Program-made: the position numbers and the translations under genes | The notes under the pieces: generated by a model | What the model saw: only the letters and a program-made list of their open reading frames with translations | Databases searched by the model: none | What the model was told of the DNA's origin: nothing | Shown: one piece after another, positions 23,585-32,094 of the stretch | Layout: every line of letters begins with the position of its first letter | Numbering within the stretch: position 1 is the first letter of the stretch | From: Alphaproteobacteria bacterium | GTDB taxonomy: Bacteria > Pseudomonadota > Alphaproteobacteria > Rhodospirillales > Magnetospirillaceae | Direction: 5' to 3' | DNA length: 54,722 nt | Assembly: GCA_015232025.1 (NCBI GenBank) | Contig: JADGAL010000001.1 | Span: forward strand, 1 to 54,722

Positions 23585-23925
23585 CACTCGACCTCCATTT
23601 CCTTGACCCGCATTTCCTCGCCGCCGATCACCTGAAGCTGATGACCGCCGCAGTGTGGGCACGCGTCGTAACGCTGGGCCACCGCCACCTCGACCCCGCA
23701 CGGCAGACAGAACGCCCGGCCCGGTGGGCGCAAGATCTCCAACACCGCGCCCTCGGCGATGGTGCCGCCCTTGATCGCCTCGAAGCAGAAGCGCATCGAT
23801 TCGGGATCGACCTGGGAAAGCTCGCCGATTTCCAGCACCACCGCCTTGACGCGGGCGAAACCCTGCGAGGCCGCCTGATCGTCCAGGATGCGGAATACGC
23901 CTTCGGTGAGGGACATCTCGTGCAT
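23584..23925 (-). CDS. hypA: hydrogenase nickel-insertion protein HypA
   Basis: 113 aa. MHEMSL N-terminus. Zn site CLPCG...CPHCGG. Confidence 0.9.
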   Translation of the reverse strand: MHEMSLTEGVFRILDDQAASQGFARVKAVVLEIGELSQVDPESMRFCFEAIKGGTIAEGAVLEILRPPGRAFCLPCGVEVAVAQRYDACPHCGGHQLQVIGGEEMRVKEMEVE

Positions 23926-23986
23926 GGCCGAATGGTAGCCAATCCGAGGGGCTTAGGGGAACGGGAATCAGGCGTTCACAAAGCCG

Positions 23987-24352
23987 CTAGTGCGGAAGGA
24001 CCTCGAAAACCACTTCGGCGGCGATATCGACCGCTTCCTTGGCGTGGCCCGCCGTGAAGGAGCGATCCAGGTGGTAATCGGCGATGATCCGGAGCGCTCG
24101 CAGTCTGGGAAGGGCACCGTAGCCCAATCGCCGCAGCGTCTGATCGCTCGATTGCTTGAGAAACTCGATCAGACCCTGATGATCCTTTCCACTGTGATCC
24201 GGCCTGAACTCCGCCATGCACGGATGGAGTCTCACATGATGATGCGCGGCGCGGTAAGCCGCACCCGCGGCAATTCTGGCGCGCGGCTCGGAAACGGCCG
24301 CGGCGATCATCGCGCCGGCCTCCTCCAGTATATCCTCAGGAGCGACCGCCAC
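23987..24352 (-). CDS. small HEPN-like protein (R-x5-H motif)
   Basis: 121 aa from GTG 24352, or 107 aa from ATG 24310, which has GGAGGAGG 8 nt upstream. All-helical pattern: AAGAAYRAAHHHV, GKDHQGLIEFL, LRALRIIADYHLDRSFTAGHAKEA. Low-GC relative to flanks. Confidence 0.55.
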   Translation of the reverse strand: MAVAPEDILEEAGAMIAAAVSEPRARIAAGAAYRAAHHHVRLHPCMAEFRPDHSGKDHQGLIEFLKQSSDQTLRRLGYGALPRLRALRIIADYHLDRSFTAGHAKEAVDIAAEVVFEVLPH

Positions 24353-25076
24353 GGTGCGGCACTCCCGTCGGCCCGTGCGCCGTATGGCTCATTACCAGCG
24401 TGACCAACGGCAGCGCATCCTGCGGTTGCCCGAATTCCGCCGCGACCTTCGCGGTCGCCTCGTCGATCACCTCCTCGAGCTTGCGGCGATAGGCGCGATC
24501 CCCCTTCACATAGATCATGAAAATGCTGCCCACGGCATCGCCCACCGATTCGGCAAAGTCGATGTCGAGTTGCACGTCCGCGACGACCTCCCGGATCGCC
24601 CTTTGGTGGGCGAGGAAGTGGTCATGGCGGCCAAGGAGGTATTCGGCGGTGTCGTGTACATGTCCGGGGCCTGGAAAAAAGCTGCGCAGCAGCTTCGCAT
24701 CGCCAAGGCCTACCGCCGCCTTGATACGACCCGTCGCGACATCTTCGGCGTCTTGCAAATCATTGGCCAAGAGGATGGCATCCTCGTACAAGCCAACGCA
24801 CAGCAGATTTTGCCAAAATGACATCGCCAGTTGCGAGTCCATTTGGCGCCACCAATGGATTAAGTCGGTGGCCTCCATGCGGGCCTCGGATGCTTCGCCC
24901 GCGCAGATCAAACAATGAAGATACGCCACGGCCGTCTGCAAATCGGCCGGCATCTTCCGCCTGTCGATCTTCAGGCGCCACAGCATCTTCCCAATCTCCT
25001 CGGTCTCGGACCAAGGCAAAGCGATCAGCCGGTTGTACTCCTCCAACGCCCGCTTGGCGGGGGCAGGGGCAACCAT
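24336..25076 (-). CDS. hypothetical protein, no family recognised (partner of the HEPN-like ORF)
   Basis: ATG 25076 with GGAGG at a 6-nt spacer. The track start at 25133 is a TTG and is less likely. 246 aa: helical TPR-like N-terminal half, alpha/beta-looking C-terminal half. No NTase, HTH or hydrogenase-accessory motif seen. Low GC (52-57% in sampled lines). Confidence 0.55.
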   Translation of the reverse strand: MVAPAPAKRALEEYNRLIALPWSETEEIGKMLWRLKIDRRKMPADLQTAVAYLHCLICAGEASEARMEATDLIHWWRQMDSQLAMSFWQNLLCVGLYEDAILLANDLQDAEDVATGRIKAAVGLGDAKLLRSFFPGPGHVHDTAEYLLGRHDHFLAHQRAIREVVADVQLDIDFAESVGDAVGSIFMIYVKGDRAYRRKLEEVIDEATAKVAAEFGQPQDALPLVTLVMSHTAHGPTGVPHRGGRS

Positions 25077-25149
25077 TGATGACCTCCACGCTGATGCAAT
25101 TCTCATCAAAGCAGGTCGAGGCCGGCCCGTCAACGCGGCATGGCGACTG

Positions 25150-26154
25150 TCATACCCCCTCCACCACCACCTCGCATCCCACGCAGGGATCGAGCGCCAG
25201 CACGGCCAAGCGCGCCAGGAACACCGGATCGCCGCCGGCCGGGCCGATCAGGCCGCGGGCCAGGGGGCCATCGGGGGCGAAGTTGATTTCGGGGGGGGCC
25301 TCGACCCGCCAAGCCATGATGCGGCCGTCCGTCAGGGTGACGTGGTGCGACAAGGCGCCGCGCGCCGCTTCGAGGGTGGCGTGGCCGGGGCCGTCGCCGT
25401 GCGGGGGCGCGGGCCAGCCGGGATCGGGGTTGAGGACGATGCGGTCCATCTCGGCCAGACATTCGTCGAGATCGGCCAAACGGGCGACCAGCCGGGGCAG
25501 TACGCCGTTGCCGTGGCGGGCGACCAGCGGGGCGACCAGGGGATGGTCGCGGCGGCGGGCGAAGGGGCCGGTTTCGGGTGGTTCGGGGTGGCTGCGGCAG
25601 AGGTCGGCGAGGCCGCGTTCCTTGACCACGCGCGGCAGCGAGGGATCGGCGATGGCGGCGCGCGCCGCCGCACGGACGGCGGTCAGGCAGGCGGCGATCA
25701 CGCCCGCGTCGGGATCGAGGCGGCCGCCGCCCGGCGCCGCCCAGTCGTCATCGGGGTACAGCGCCTTGCGCAATGGGGACAGCGCGCCGCGTAGCGCGCG
25801 GATGCCCTCGGCGCGGATCGGTTCGCCCAGCAGGGCGGGCCAGTCGCGCAGGATGCGCACCCCATGCTCGCCCACCGTCTCGGCGAGCAGCAGCAGGCGG
25901 CGGGCGGCCAATTGGGCGGGCGACGGGCGGATGCCCAGGGCCGCCTCGCAGGCGCCCAGGCCGGCTTGAAGCTGGGCGGTGCCGCACAGCGAGAACATCA
26001 AGGGCACGAGGCGCAGGGCGTCGGCGATCGGCTTGCCGACCAGGGCGGAGGCGGCGTCGAGAGGGCGGTCGTTGGCGATGGTCACCGCGTCGATGCGGCC
26101 TTGGACGATCCGCAGGCGGACGGTCAGGCCGCCCTCCAGCGCGGCCAAGCTCAT
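25150..26154 (-). CDS. hupK: HupK/HoxV-like large-subunit-related scaffold protein
   Basis: 334 aa from ATG 26154, which overlaps the upstream stop (ATGA). MFSLCGTAQ takes the place of the large-subunit RxCGxC motif. C-terminal LDPCVGCEV resembles DPCxxC. Confidence 0.7.
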   Translation of the reverse strand: MSLAALEGGLTVRLRIVQGRIDAVTIANDRPLDAASALVGKPIADALRLVPLMFSLCGTAQLQAGLGACEAALGIRPSPAQLAARRLLLLAETVGEHGVRILRDWPALLGEPIRAEGIRALRGALSPLRKALYPDDDWAAPGGGRLDPDAGVIAACLTAVRAAARAAIADPSLPRVVKERGLADLCRSHPEPPETGPFARRRDHPLVAPLVARHGNGVLPRLVARLADLDECLAEMDRIVLNPDPGWPAPPHGDGPGHATLEAARGALSHHVTLTDGRIMAWRVEAPPEINFAPDGPLARGLIGPAGGDPVFLARLAVLALDPCVGCEVVVEGV

Positions 26155-26381
26155 GCGGCGGCGCCGGCCAGCACGTCGGCGAGCACGGCCAGCGCCTCCT
26201 CGGCTTGATCGGCCGGCACCTTCTCGGCGGCGAAACCGCCGGCTTGGACCAGCACGTAATCGCCGGGCGCCACCGCCTCGTTCAGCAGCATCAGGCTGAC
26301 CACGCGGGTTTCGCCGAAGCATTCCACCGTGGCGTTGCCGTTCTCGATGGTCTGGATGCGGGACGGGATGGCCATGCACAT
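26151..26381 (-). CDS. HypC-family chaperone, second copy (HybG/HupF-like)
   Basis: 76 aa. MCMAIPSRI (Cys2). GDYVLVQAGGFA. Confidence 0.85.
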   Translation of the reverse strand: MCMAIPSRIQTIENGNATVECFGETRVVSLMLLNEAVAPGDYVLVQAGGFAAEKVPADQAEEALAVLADVLAGAAA

Positions 26382-26384
26382 GGA

Positions 26385-26867
26385 TCAGGCGCCCTTGCGC
26401 GTGGCGGTGAAGCCTTGGCCCTCGATCTCTTCGATGATCAGGGCGATCACCTCGTCGATCTTGGCCTCGACCTCGGGCGACAGGGCCATGTTGGTGCCCA
26501 GGGTGACCGGCTGCACGCCGACCAGGGCCAGCGAGACGGGTTGCTCGTCGGTCAGGATCAGCGTCGCCAGCACGTCGGACAGCCCGATTTGATGGGGCGA
26601 CAGCTTGGTCTTGAAGAAGGCCGGCACCTCGTCGCCGGTCAGCTTGAACACCGTGCCGGGCGGGCGGTGGGCGCGCACCGCGTCGACCACCACCAGATGC
26701 CCGGCGCCCGCGATGTGGTCGAGCAGTTCCATCCCCATGGTGCCGCCGTCGATCACCTTGACCTCGGGCGGCAGGGTCCAGCGTTCGACCAGGGCGTCGA
26801 CGGCGCGCACGCCGATCCCTTCGTCCGAGAGCAGGATGTTGCCGATACCAAGAACGACCACCTTCAT
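26385..26867 (-). CDS. hybD: hydrogenase maturation endopeptidase (HybD/HupD family)
   Basis: MKVVVLGIGNILLSDEGIGVRAV, DGGTMGMELL, VVVDAV, SPHQIG. Confidence 0.9.
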   Translation of the reverse strand: MKVVVLGIGNILLSDEGIGVRAVDALVERWTLPPEVKVIDGGTMGMELLDHIAGAGHLVVVDAVRAHRPPGTVFKLTGDEVPAFFKTKLSPHQIGLSDVLATLILTDEQPVSLALVGVQPVTLGTNMALSPEVEAKIDEVIALIIEEIEGQGFTATRKGA

Positions 26868-26928
26868 CGGACCCCCGCGCGCCAGGAAAAAAGGAACCAC
26901 GGAGAGTAGCCGCTCCGTGGTTCGTGGG

Positions 26929-28629
26929 TCAAAGAGCCTTCACCTGAACCACCGAATCATGTTCGAGATCGGTGACGTGGACCGCGCAGGCCAGGCACGG
27001 GTCGAACGAGTGGACGGTGCGCAGAACCTCCAGCGGCAATTCGGGATCGGCCACCGGATTGTCCATCAGCGCGGCCTCGTAGGGGCCGATGGCGTCGTCC
27101 TCGTTGCGCGGCGCGGCGTTCCAGGTGGTGGGCACCACCGCCTGATAGTTGGTGATCTTGCCGTCATTGATGACGCACCAATGCGACAGCACGCCCCGCG
27201 GCGCCTCGTGGAAGCCGACGCCCTGGATTTCGCCCTTGGGGAAGGTGGGCTTGTTGAAGGTCTTGACGTCGCCCTTGCCGATATTGTCGATCAGGGCCAT
27301 CCAGTTCTTCTGCAAGACCTCGTGCAGCACCGCGCAACGCACCGCGCGGGCGGCGTGGCGGCCGATCGTCGAATGCACGCCGGCCAGCGGGATCTTGGTG
27401 CCGGCCAAGCTGCCCGCCGTGTCGAGCACCAGATTGAGATAGGTCAGGGTCGGCTGGTGGCCGGCCGCCGCCATCGCCAGCACGTTGGCCAGCGGCCCGA
27501 CCTGCTGCGGCTTGCCGTAGAAGGTCGGCGACTTCACCCAGGAATACTTCTCGTTGTCCTTGAAGTCGGTGTATTGCGGCACCGTCTCGCCCTTGTAGGG
27601 GTGCAAGGCGCCCTTGCCACCCTGATACCAGCTATGCTTGACGCTTTCCGCCACGCCGTCGCGGAAATAGGCGTCGTTGAAGCTTTTGATCGGCTTGTAG
27701 CCGGCGAGATCGCCCTTGGTGATCTGGCCGCCGGGCAGATCGAACATGGTGCCCTTCTCGTCGGTCGGGAAATCGGGCACCGACAGGTAGTCGGTGATGC
27801 CCGCGCCGTGGCCCAGCCAATCGGCGTAGAAGGCGCCGATCGCCGAGACGTCGACCAGATAGACGTTGCGGATGAAATCGCCCAATTGGTCGATCATCTG
27901 CTTGATCATCATCAGGCGCTCGATCGACAGCACCGACTGGCTGTCGGTCGAGATCGGATTGGAGACGCCACCCACCGCCATGTTCTGCACATGCGGGCTT
28001 TTCGAGCCCAGGATGCCGACGATCTTGTTGGCGTAGCGCTGCACCTCGAGGGCCTGGAGGTAATGCGCCACGGCCAGCAGGTTCACCTCGGGGGTGAGCT
28101 TCATCGCCGGATGGCCCCAATAGCCGTTGGCGAACACGCCAAGCTGCCCGGTGCCGACGAAGCCGGCCAGACGCTCCTTGACGGCGCGCATGGCGTGCTT
28201 CGAGTTGCCCGGCCAGGACGACAGCGTCTCGGCCAGCGCGGCGGTCTTGTCGGGATCGGCCTTCAGCGCCGAGACCACGTCGACCCAGTCGAGCGCCGAC
28301 AGGTGATAGAAGTGCACGATATGATCGTGGATGGCGTGCGCCGCCGAGATCATGTTGCGGATGTATTGGGCGTTCAGCGGCACCGGAAGCTGCAACGCGT
28401 TCTCGACCGCGCGCACCGAGGTGATGGCGTGGACGGTGGTGCAGACGCCGCAGATGCGCTGGGTGATGGCCCAGGCGTCGCGGGGGTCGCGGCCGAGCAG
28501 GATCTGCTCGACGCCGCGCCACATCTGGCCCGAGGACCACGCCTTGGACACCTTGCCGTTGTTCACCTCGACGTCGATGCGCAGATGGCCTTCGATGCGG
28601 GTGATGGGATCGATGGTGATTCTGGTCAC
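26929..28629 (-). CDS. hybC: [NiFe]-hydrogenase large subunit
   Basis: GTG start with AAGGAGAG upstream. ITIDPITRIEGHLRI, RICGVCTTVH, and C-terminal DPCLACAVH followed by a 15-residue extension for protease cleavage. Confidence 0.95.
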   Translation of the reverse strand: MTRITIDPITRIEGHLRIDVEVNNGKVSKAWSSGQMWRGVEQILLGRDPRDAWAITQRICGVCTTVHAITSVRAVENALQLPVPLNAQYIRNMISAAHAIHDHIVHFYHLSALDWVDVVSALKADPDKTAALAETLSSWPGNSKHAMRAVKERLAGFVGTGQLGVFANGYWGHPAMKLTPEVNLLAVAHYLQALEVQRYANKIVGILGSKSPHVQNMAVGGVSNPISTDSQSVLSIERLMMIKQMIDQLGDFIRNVYLVDVSAIGAFYADWLGHGAGITDYLSVPDFPTDEKGTMFDLPGGQITKGDLAGYKPIKSFNDAYFRDGVAESVKHSWYQGGKGALHPYKGETVPQYTDFKDNEKYSWVKSPTFYGKPQQVGPLANVLAMAAAGHQPTLTYLNLVLDTAGSLAGTKIPLAGVHSTIGRHAARAVRCAVLHEVLQKNWMALIDNIGKGDVKTFNKPTFPKGEIQGVGFHEAPRGVLSHWCVINDGKITNYQAVVPTTWNAAPRNEDDAIGPYEAALMDNPVADPELPLEVLRTVHSFDPCLACAVHVTDLEHDSVVQVKAL

Positions 28630-28640
28630 GGCGACTCTCC

Positions 28641-29831
28641 TTATTCAGCAGCAACGGCCGCCGCGACGGCGGGCTCGGACTTGTTCGGATGCAGGACGGG
28701 CAGAACCCGGACGAGCACGATGTAGGCCAGCACCTCGAAGGCGATCAGGCCGATGGTGACCATCAGTTCGGGCAGCGACGGGAAGTAGGTCCAGCCGGCC
28801 CCCGTCTGATAGGCGACCAGGAAGCCGTCCATCCGGTACAGCCCGCCGCCCAGCAGCATGGAGACCGCGCCGATGAACAAACAGCGCGCCCGATTGCGCC
28901 GCGCCCCCTGGAGCAACAGAAGCGGCAGGGCGAAGAAGGCGATTTCCAGCCAGAACATCAGCGACAGGAAACCGCTGGAGAACGCCAGCCCCAGCTTGCC
29001 CGACACCGCGAGGTCGCCGAAGCGGACCACCAGATAGGCCGCCAAGAGCCCGTTCATCACCGAGGCGATGCCGGCCAACAGCCGCGTCTCGGATTTGAGC
29101 CGAAAGCCGCTGGTCGCCAGGGTGGATTCGAACACCACCACCGCGAAGCCCATGGCGATCGCCGAAAGCAGGAACAACAGCGGCAGCAACGGCGTCTGCC
29201 ACAGCGGATGGATCTGATGGCCGAACACCACCAGAAGCGAGCCCAGCGAGCTTTGATGCATCGAGGGCAGCAGCACCCCTAAGCCGATGAACGCGAACAT
29301 CAGCCGCTCGACCAGGGTCTTCATGCCGGTCCAGCCGAAGCGGTCGAAGAAGGCCGGCGAGAACTCGACCCACATCACCATGATGTAAAGCGAGATGCAG
29401 ACCGCCACCTCGAACATCACCGAGTCGGGGTGGGCGAGGCCCGGCGTGAAGATGTGGTAGAAGTTCCAGTAGCGGCCCAGGTCGAACATCACCGACGCGC
29501 CGCCCAGCGTATAGCCGAACAGGCTGGCCAGCAGGGCCGGGCGGACCAGCGGGTGATAGCGCCCCTTGTTCATGATGTAGACCAGCAGCGCCATCGAATA
29601 GCCGCCGCAGGCCAGCGCCGTGCCGATCACCACGTCCCAGGCGATCCACACGCCCCAGGGGAAGCCGTCATTGATGTTGGTGACCGCCCCCAGGCCGAAG
29701 ATGAACCGCTTGGCCAGGATATAGACGGCGATCGCCGACAACAGCGCGCAGATCACGGTGACCGGGGTCACCAGACTACCGCCCAGCGGAGCCGGACGGT
29801 GGGCCGGGGAGAGGGGTTTCTGGATGCTCAT
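28641..29831 (-). CDS. hybB: HybB/NrfD-type integral membrane subunit of the hydrogenase
   Basis: ATG 29831 (MSIQKPL). Many hydrophobic segments. NINDGFPWGVWIAWDVVIGTALACGGY is typical of the NrfD/PsrC family. Sits between the hybA-like and large-subunit genes. Confidence 0.85.
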   Translation of the reverse strand: MSIQKPLSPAHRPAPLGGSLVTPVTVICALLSAIAVYILAKRFIFGLGAVTNINDGFPWGVWIAWDVVIGTALACGGYSMALLVYIMNKGRYHPLVRPALLASLFGYTLGGASVMFDLGRYWNFYHIFTPGLAHPDSVMFEVAVCISLYIMVMWVEFSPAFFDRFGWTGMKTLVERLMFAFIGLGVLLPSMHQSSLGSLLVVFGHQIHPLWQTPLLPLLFLLSAIAMGFAVVVFESTLATSGFRLKSETRLLAGIASVMNGLLAAYLVVRFGDLAVSGKLGLAFSSGFLSLMFWLEIAFFALPLLLLQGARRNRARCLFIGAVSMLLGGGLYRMDGFLVAYQTGAGWTYFPSLPELMVTIGLIAFEVLAYIVLVRVLPVLHPNKSEPAVAAAVAAE

Positions 29832-29836
29832 GGCCC

Positions 29837-30805
29837 TCACTCCTCGTCCTGATGGTTCTTGCTGGCGCGCCAAGCCAGCGCCACCAGCCCGCCCAGCGCC
29901 ACCACGGGGGCGATCAGCCCGCCATAAAGGGTGTGCTGGATGGTCTCGGAGATGCTGGAATAGGAGCGTTCGGGCAGTTCCGGCATGCCCAGCGCGACGA
30001 AGGGAACGCCGGACAGCATCATCATCTGGGTGCCGCCCAATTCCTTCTCGCCATAGACGTGGTCGACATAGCGCGGCGCCTTCTTCTCGTGGGTATCGCC
30101 CGAGCCGACGCGCTGGCGCTCATAGGCCACCATCTCGCCGGGCTTGGCGGCGCGGCGCCGGGCGATCTCGCCCTTGATCTGCTCGACGGTGCCGAACAGG
30201 GTGGCGCCCGTCGGGCATTTCTCGGCGCAGGCCGCGATCTTGCCCTCGGGCAGGCGGTGGCGGCACAACTCGCATTTGCCGATCTTGGGCTTGGGCGTGT
30301 CGTACTGGAAGCGCGGCACGCCATAGGGACAGGCGGCGACGCAGTAGCGGCAGCCGATGCAGCGGTCGGCGTCGTAGGAGACGATGCCGTTCTCGGCGTT
30401 CTTCTCCATCGCCGAGACCGGACAGGCCGACACGCAGGACGGATCGACGCAGTGCAGGCACGACCGCTTGACGAAGGCGTGGCCGTCCTTGAGCTGGTCC
30501 TTGTTCTCGCCGTTGCCGTCCTTGTACATCTTGATGACGTTGAAGGTGTAGGCCGAGATGTCGAGCGGCGTGTCCCACAGCTTCTCGTCGGTCGAAAAGA
30601 CCGGCGACAGGTCGTTGGCCTCGCGGCATGCCACCACGCAGGCCTTGCAGCCGACGCACAGCGTCGCGTCGTACAGGAGACCGATCGCCTTGGGCGGCAT
30701 CTCCAGATTGGGCCGCGCGAGCGCGGGGTCGGCCACGCCGGTCGTCGCCAGCACGGCGCCGCCCCCCGCGGCGGCCTTGAGGAAGTTGCGTCTCGATATG
30801 GTCAT
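29837..30805 (-). CDS. hybA: HybA-type Tat-exported 4Fe-4S ferredoxin subunit
   Basis: Tat signal MTISRRNFLKAAAGGGAV. Cys clusters CVGCKACVVAC, CLHCVDPSCVSACP, CIGCRYCVAACP, CELC...CAEKCP. C-terminal TM helix. Confidence 0.9.
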   Translation of the reverse strand: MTISRRNFLKAAAGGGAVLATTGVADPALARPNLEMPPKAIGLLYDATLCVGCKACVVACREANDLSPVFSTDEKLWDTPLDISAYTFNVIKMYKDGNGENKDQLKDGHAFVKRSCLHCVDPSCVSACPVSAMEKNAENGIVSYDADRCIGCRYCVAACPYGVPRFQYDTPKPKIGKCELCRHRLPEGKIAACAEKCPTGATLFGTVEQIKGEIARRRAAKPGEMVAYERQRVGSGDTHEKKAPRYVDHVYGEKELGGTQMMMLSGVPFVALGMPELPERSYSSISETIQHTLYGGLIAPVVALGGLVALAWRASKNHQDEE

Positions 30806-30814
30806 GGCGCGCCC

Positions 30815-31951
30815 CTATTCGTCGGCCTGATCCGGGTCGTCCCGCTTGCCCAGGTTGCGGGCGATGACGGCGCCCGCCCCCGCCGCCGCGCCGGCGATGC
30901 CGACCAGCGTCGCGGTCGAGGCGAAGTCGGCGCCCTTGCCCTGCTCCTCGACGATGCGGGGATAGCTGACGGGCGGCACCACGGTCTTGACGTCGGCCAG
31001 TTCGTGGATGCCCTTGGCGAAGCCGATGCCCTTCTCGGTGCAGCCGATGCAGGGATGGCCCGTTCCCACCGGCCACGAGCCCGAACCGACATCGCCGAAC
31101 AGGATGCTGGGGCAGTTGGCGTAGGTTTCGGGGCCTTTGCAGCCCAGCTTGTAAAGGCAATAGCCCTTGCGGTGGCCGTCGTCGCCGAATTCCATGGCGA
31201 AGCGGCCGGCGTCGTAATGGGCGCGGCGTTCGCAATTCTCGTGGACCAGCCGGCCATAAGCGAATTTCGGCCGGCCCAGATGGTCGACCTCGGGCAGCTT
31301 GGCGAAGGTCAGGAAATGCACGACCGTCGACAGGAAGTTGTAGGGATTGGGCGGGCAGCCGGGGATGGTGACGACCGGCTTGCCCAGCACCTCGGCGACG
31401 CCCGACGAGCCGGTCGGGTTGGGCTTGGTCGACGGCATGCCGCCCCACGAGGCGCACGAGCCGATGGCCACCACGGCGGCGGCGTCGGCCGCGCATTCCT
31501 TGAGCAGCTCCAGCGCCGTCTTGCCGCCGATCTTGCAGTAGATGCCGCCGTCCTTGGTCGGGATGGCGCCCTCGACGACCAACAGGTACTTGCCCTTGTG
31601 CTTGGCCATCGCCGCATGGCGCGCCGCCTCGGCCTGGTGCCCGGCCGCCGCGAACAGGCTTTCGTGGTAGTCGAGCGAGATCACTTCGAGGATCAGCTTC
31701 TCGATGGTCGGGTGCTCGGCGCGCAGCAGCGATTCCGTGCAGCCGGTGCATTCCTGGAAATGCAGCCAGATGACGCTGGGGCGCTCCTTGGTGGCGACCG
31801 CCTGGGCGATCGCCGCCTCGGCACCGGCCGGCAGCCCCATGGTGGCCGCCATCGCGGTACAGAACTGCAGGAAGTTGCGGCGCGACATGCCCAGCTTCCT
31901 CTCGATGACATCGAGGCCGGCGTCGTCCTCTCTCGCGCTGTCGTCGTACAT
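30815..31951 (-). CDS. hybO: [NiFe]-hydrogenase small subunit
   Basis: ATG 31951 (MYDDS...) is preferred. Twin-arginine SRRNFLQF. WLHFQECTGCTES, GSCASWGG, GCPPNP. C-terminal hydrophobic anchor. The upstream 44 codons of the track ORF are unlikely to be coding. Confidence 0.9.
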   Translation of the reverse strand: MYDDSAREDDAGLDVIERKLGMSRRNFLQFCTAMAATMGLPAGAEAAIAQAVATKERPSVIWLHFQECTGCTESLLRAEHPTIEKLILEVISLDYHESLFAAAGHQAEAARHAAMAKHKGKYLLVVEGAIPTKDGGIYCKIGGKTALELLKECAADAAAVVAIGSCASWGGMPSTKPNPTGSSGVAEVLGKPVVTIPGCPPNPYNFLSTVVHFLTFAKLPEVDHLGRPKFAYGRLVHENCERRAHYDAGRFAMEFGDDGHRKGYCLYKLGCKGPETYANCPSILFGDVGSGSWPVGTGHPCIGCTEKGIGFAKGIHELADVKTVVPPVSYPRIVEEQGKGADFASTATLVGIAGAAAGAGAVIARNLGKRDDPDQADE

Positions 31952-32078
31952 GCTGAACCCCTTTCTGTCGCCCCGGCGGCGGCCGAGGGCCCCAAATTTC
32001 AAAACCAATGTGGCGGGATCGATGCGATTCCCTCCCGATGCGGCCGTTTGTCCGGCCACCTCATTTTGCCGCTCCATA

Positions 32079-32094
32079 CGCAAACGGCATGCCG
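32079..32094 (-). promoter_or_regulatory. candidate sigma-54 (-24/-12) promoter for the hydrogenase operon
   Basis: The minus strand reads cGGCATG-ccgt-TTGCg against consensus TGGCACG-N4-TTGCW, with correct GG...GC spacing. About 130 nt upstream of the small-subunit ATG. No enhancer-binding activator gene is present in the window. Confidence 0.3.

Noticed and set aside
23423-23635. 70-aa ORF with a [18 protein letters not shown] run
   Set aside because: It is the antisense reading of the HypB His-tract hexamer repeats.
16168-25149. Mobile-element borders (integrase, transposase, tRNA, direct repeats) for the low-GC islets at 16.2-17.5 kb and 23.9-25.1 kb, and also at 44.2-46.8 kb
   Set aside because: I found no recombinase-like ORF, no tRNA and no convincing flanking direct repeats by eye. 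The islets are therefore reported only as compositionally atypical, not as defined mobile elements.
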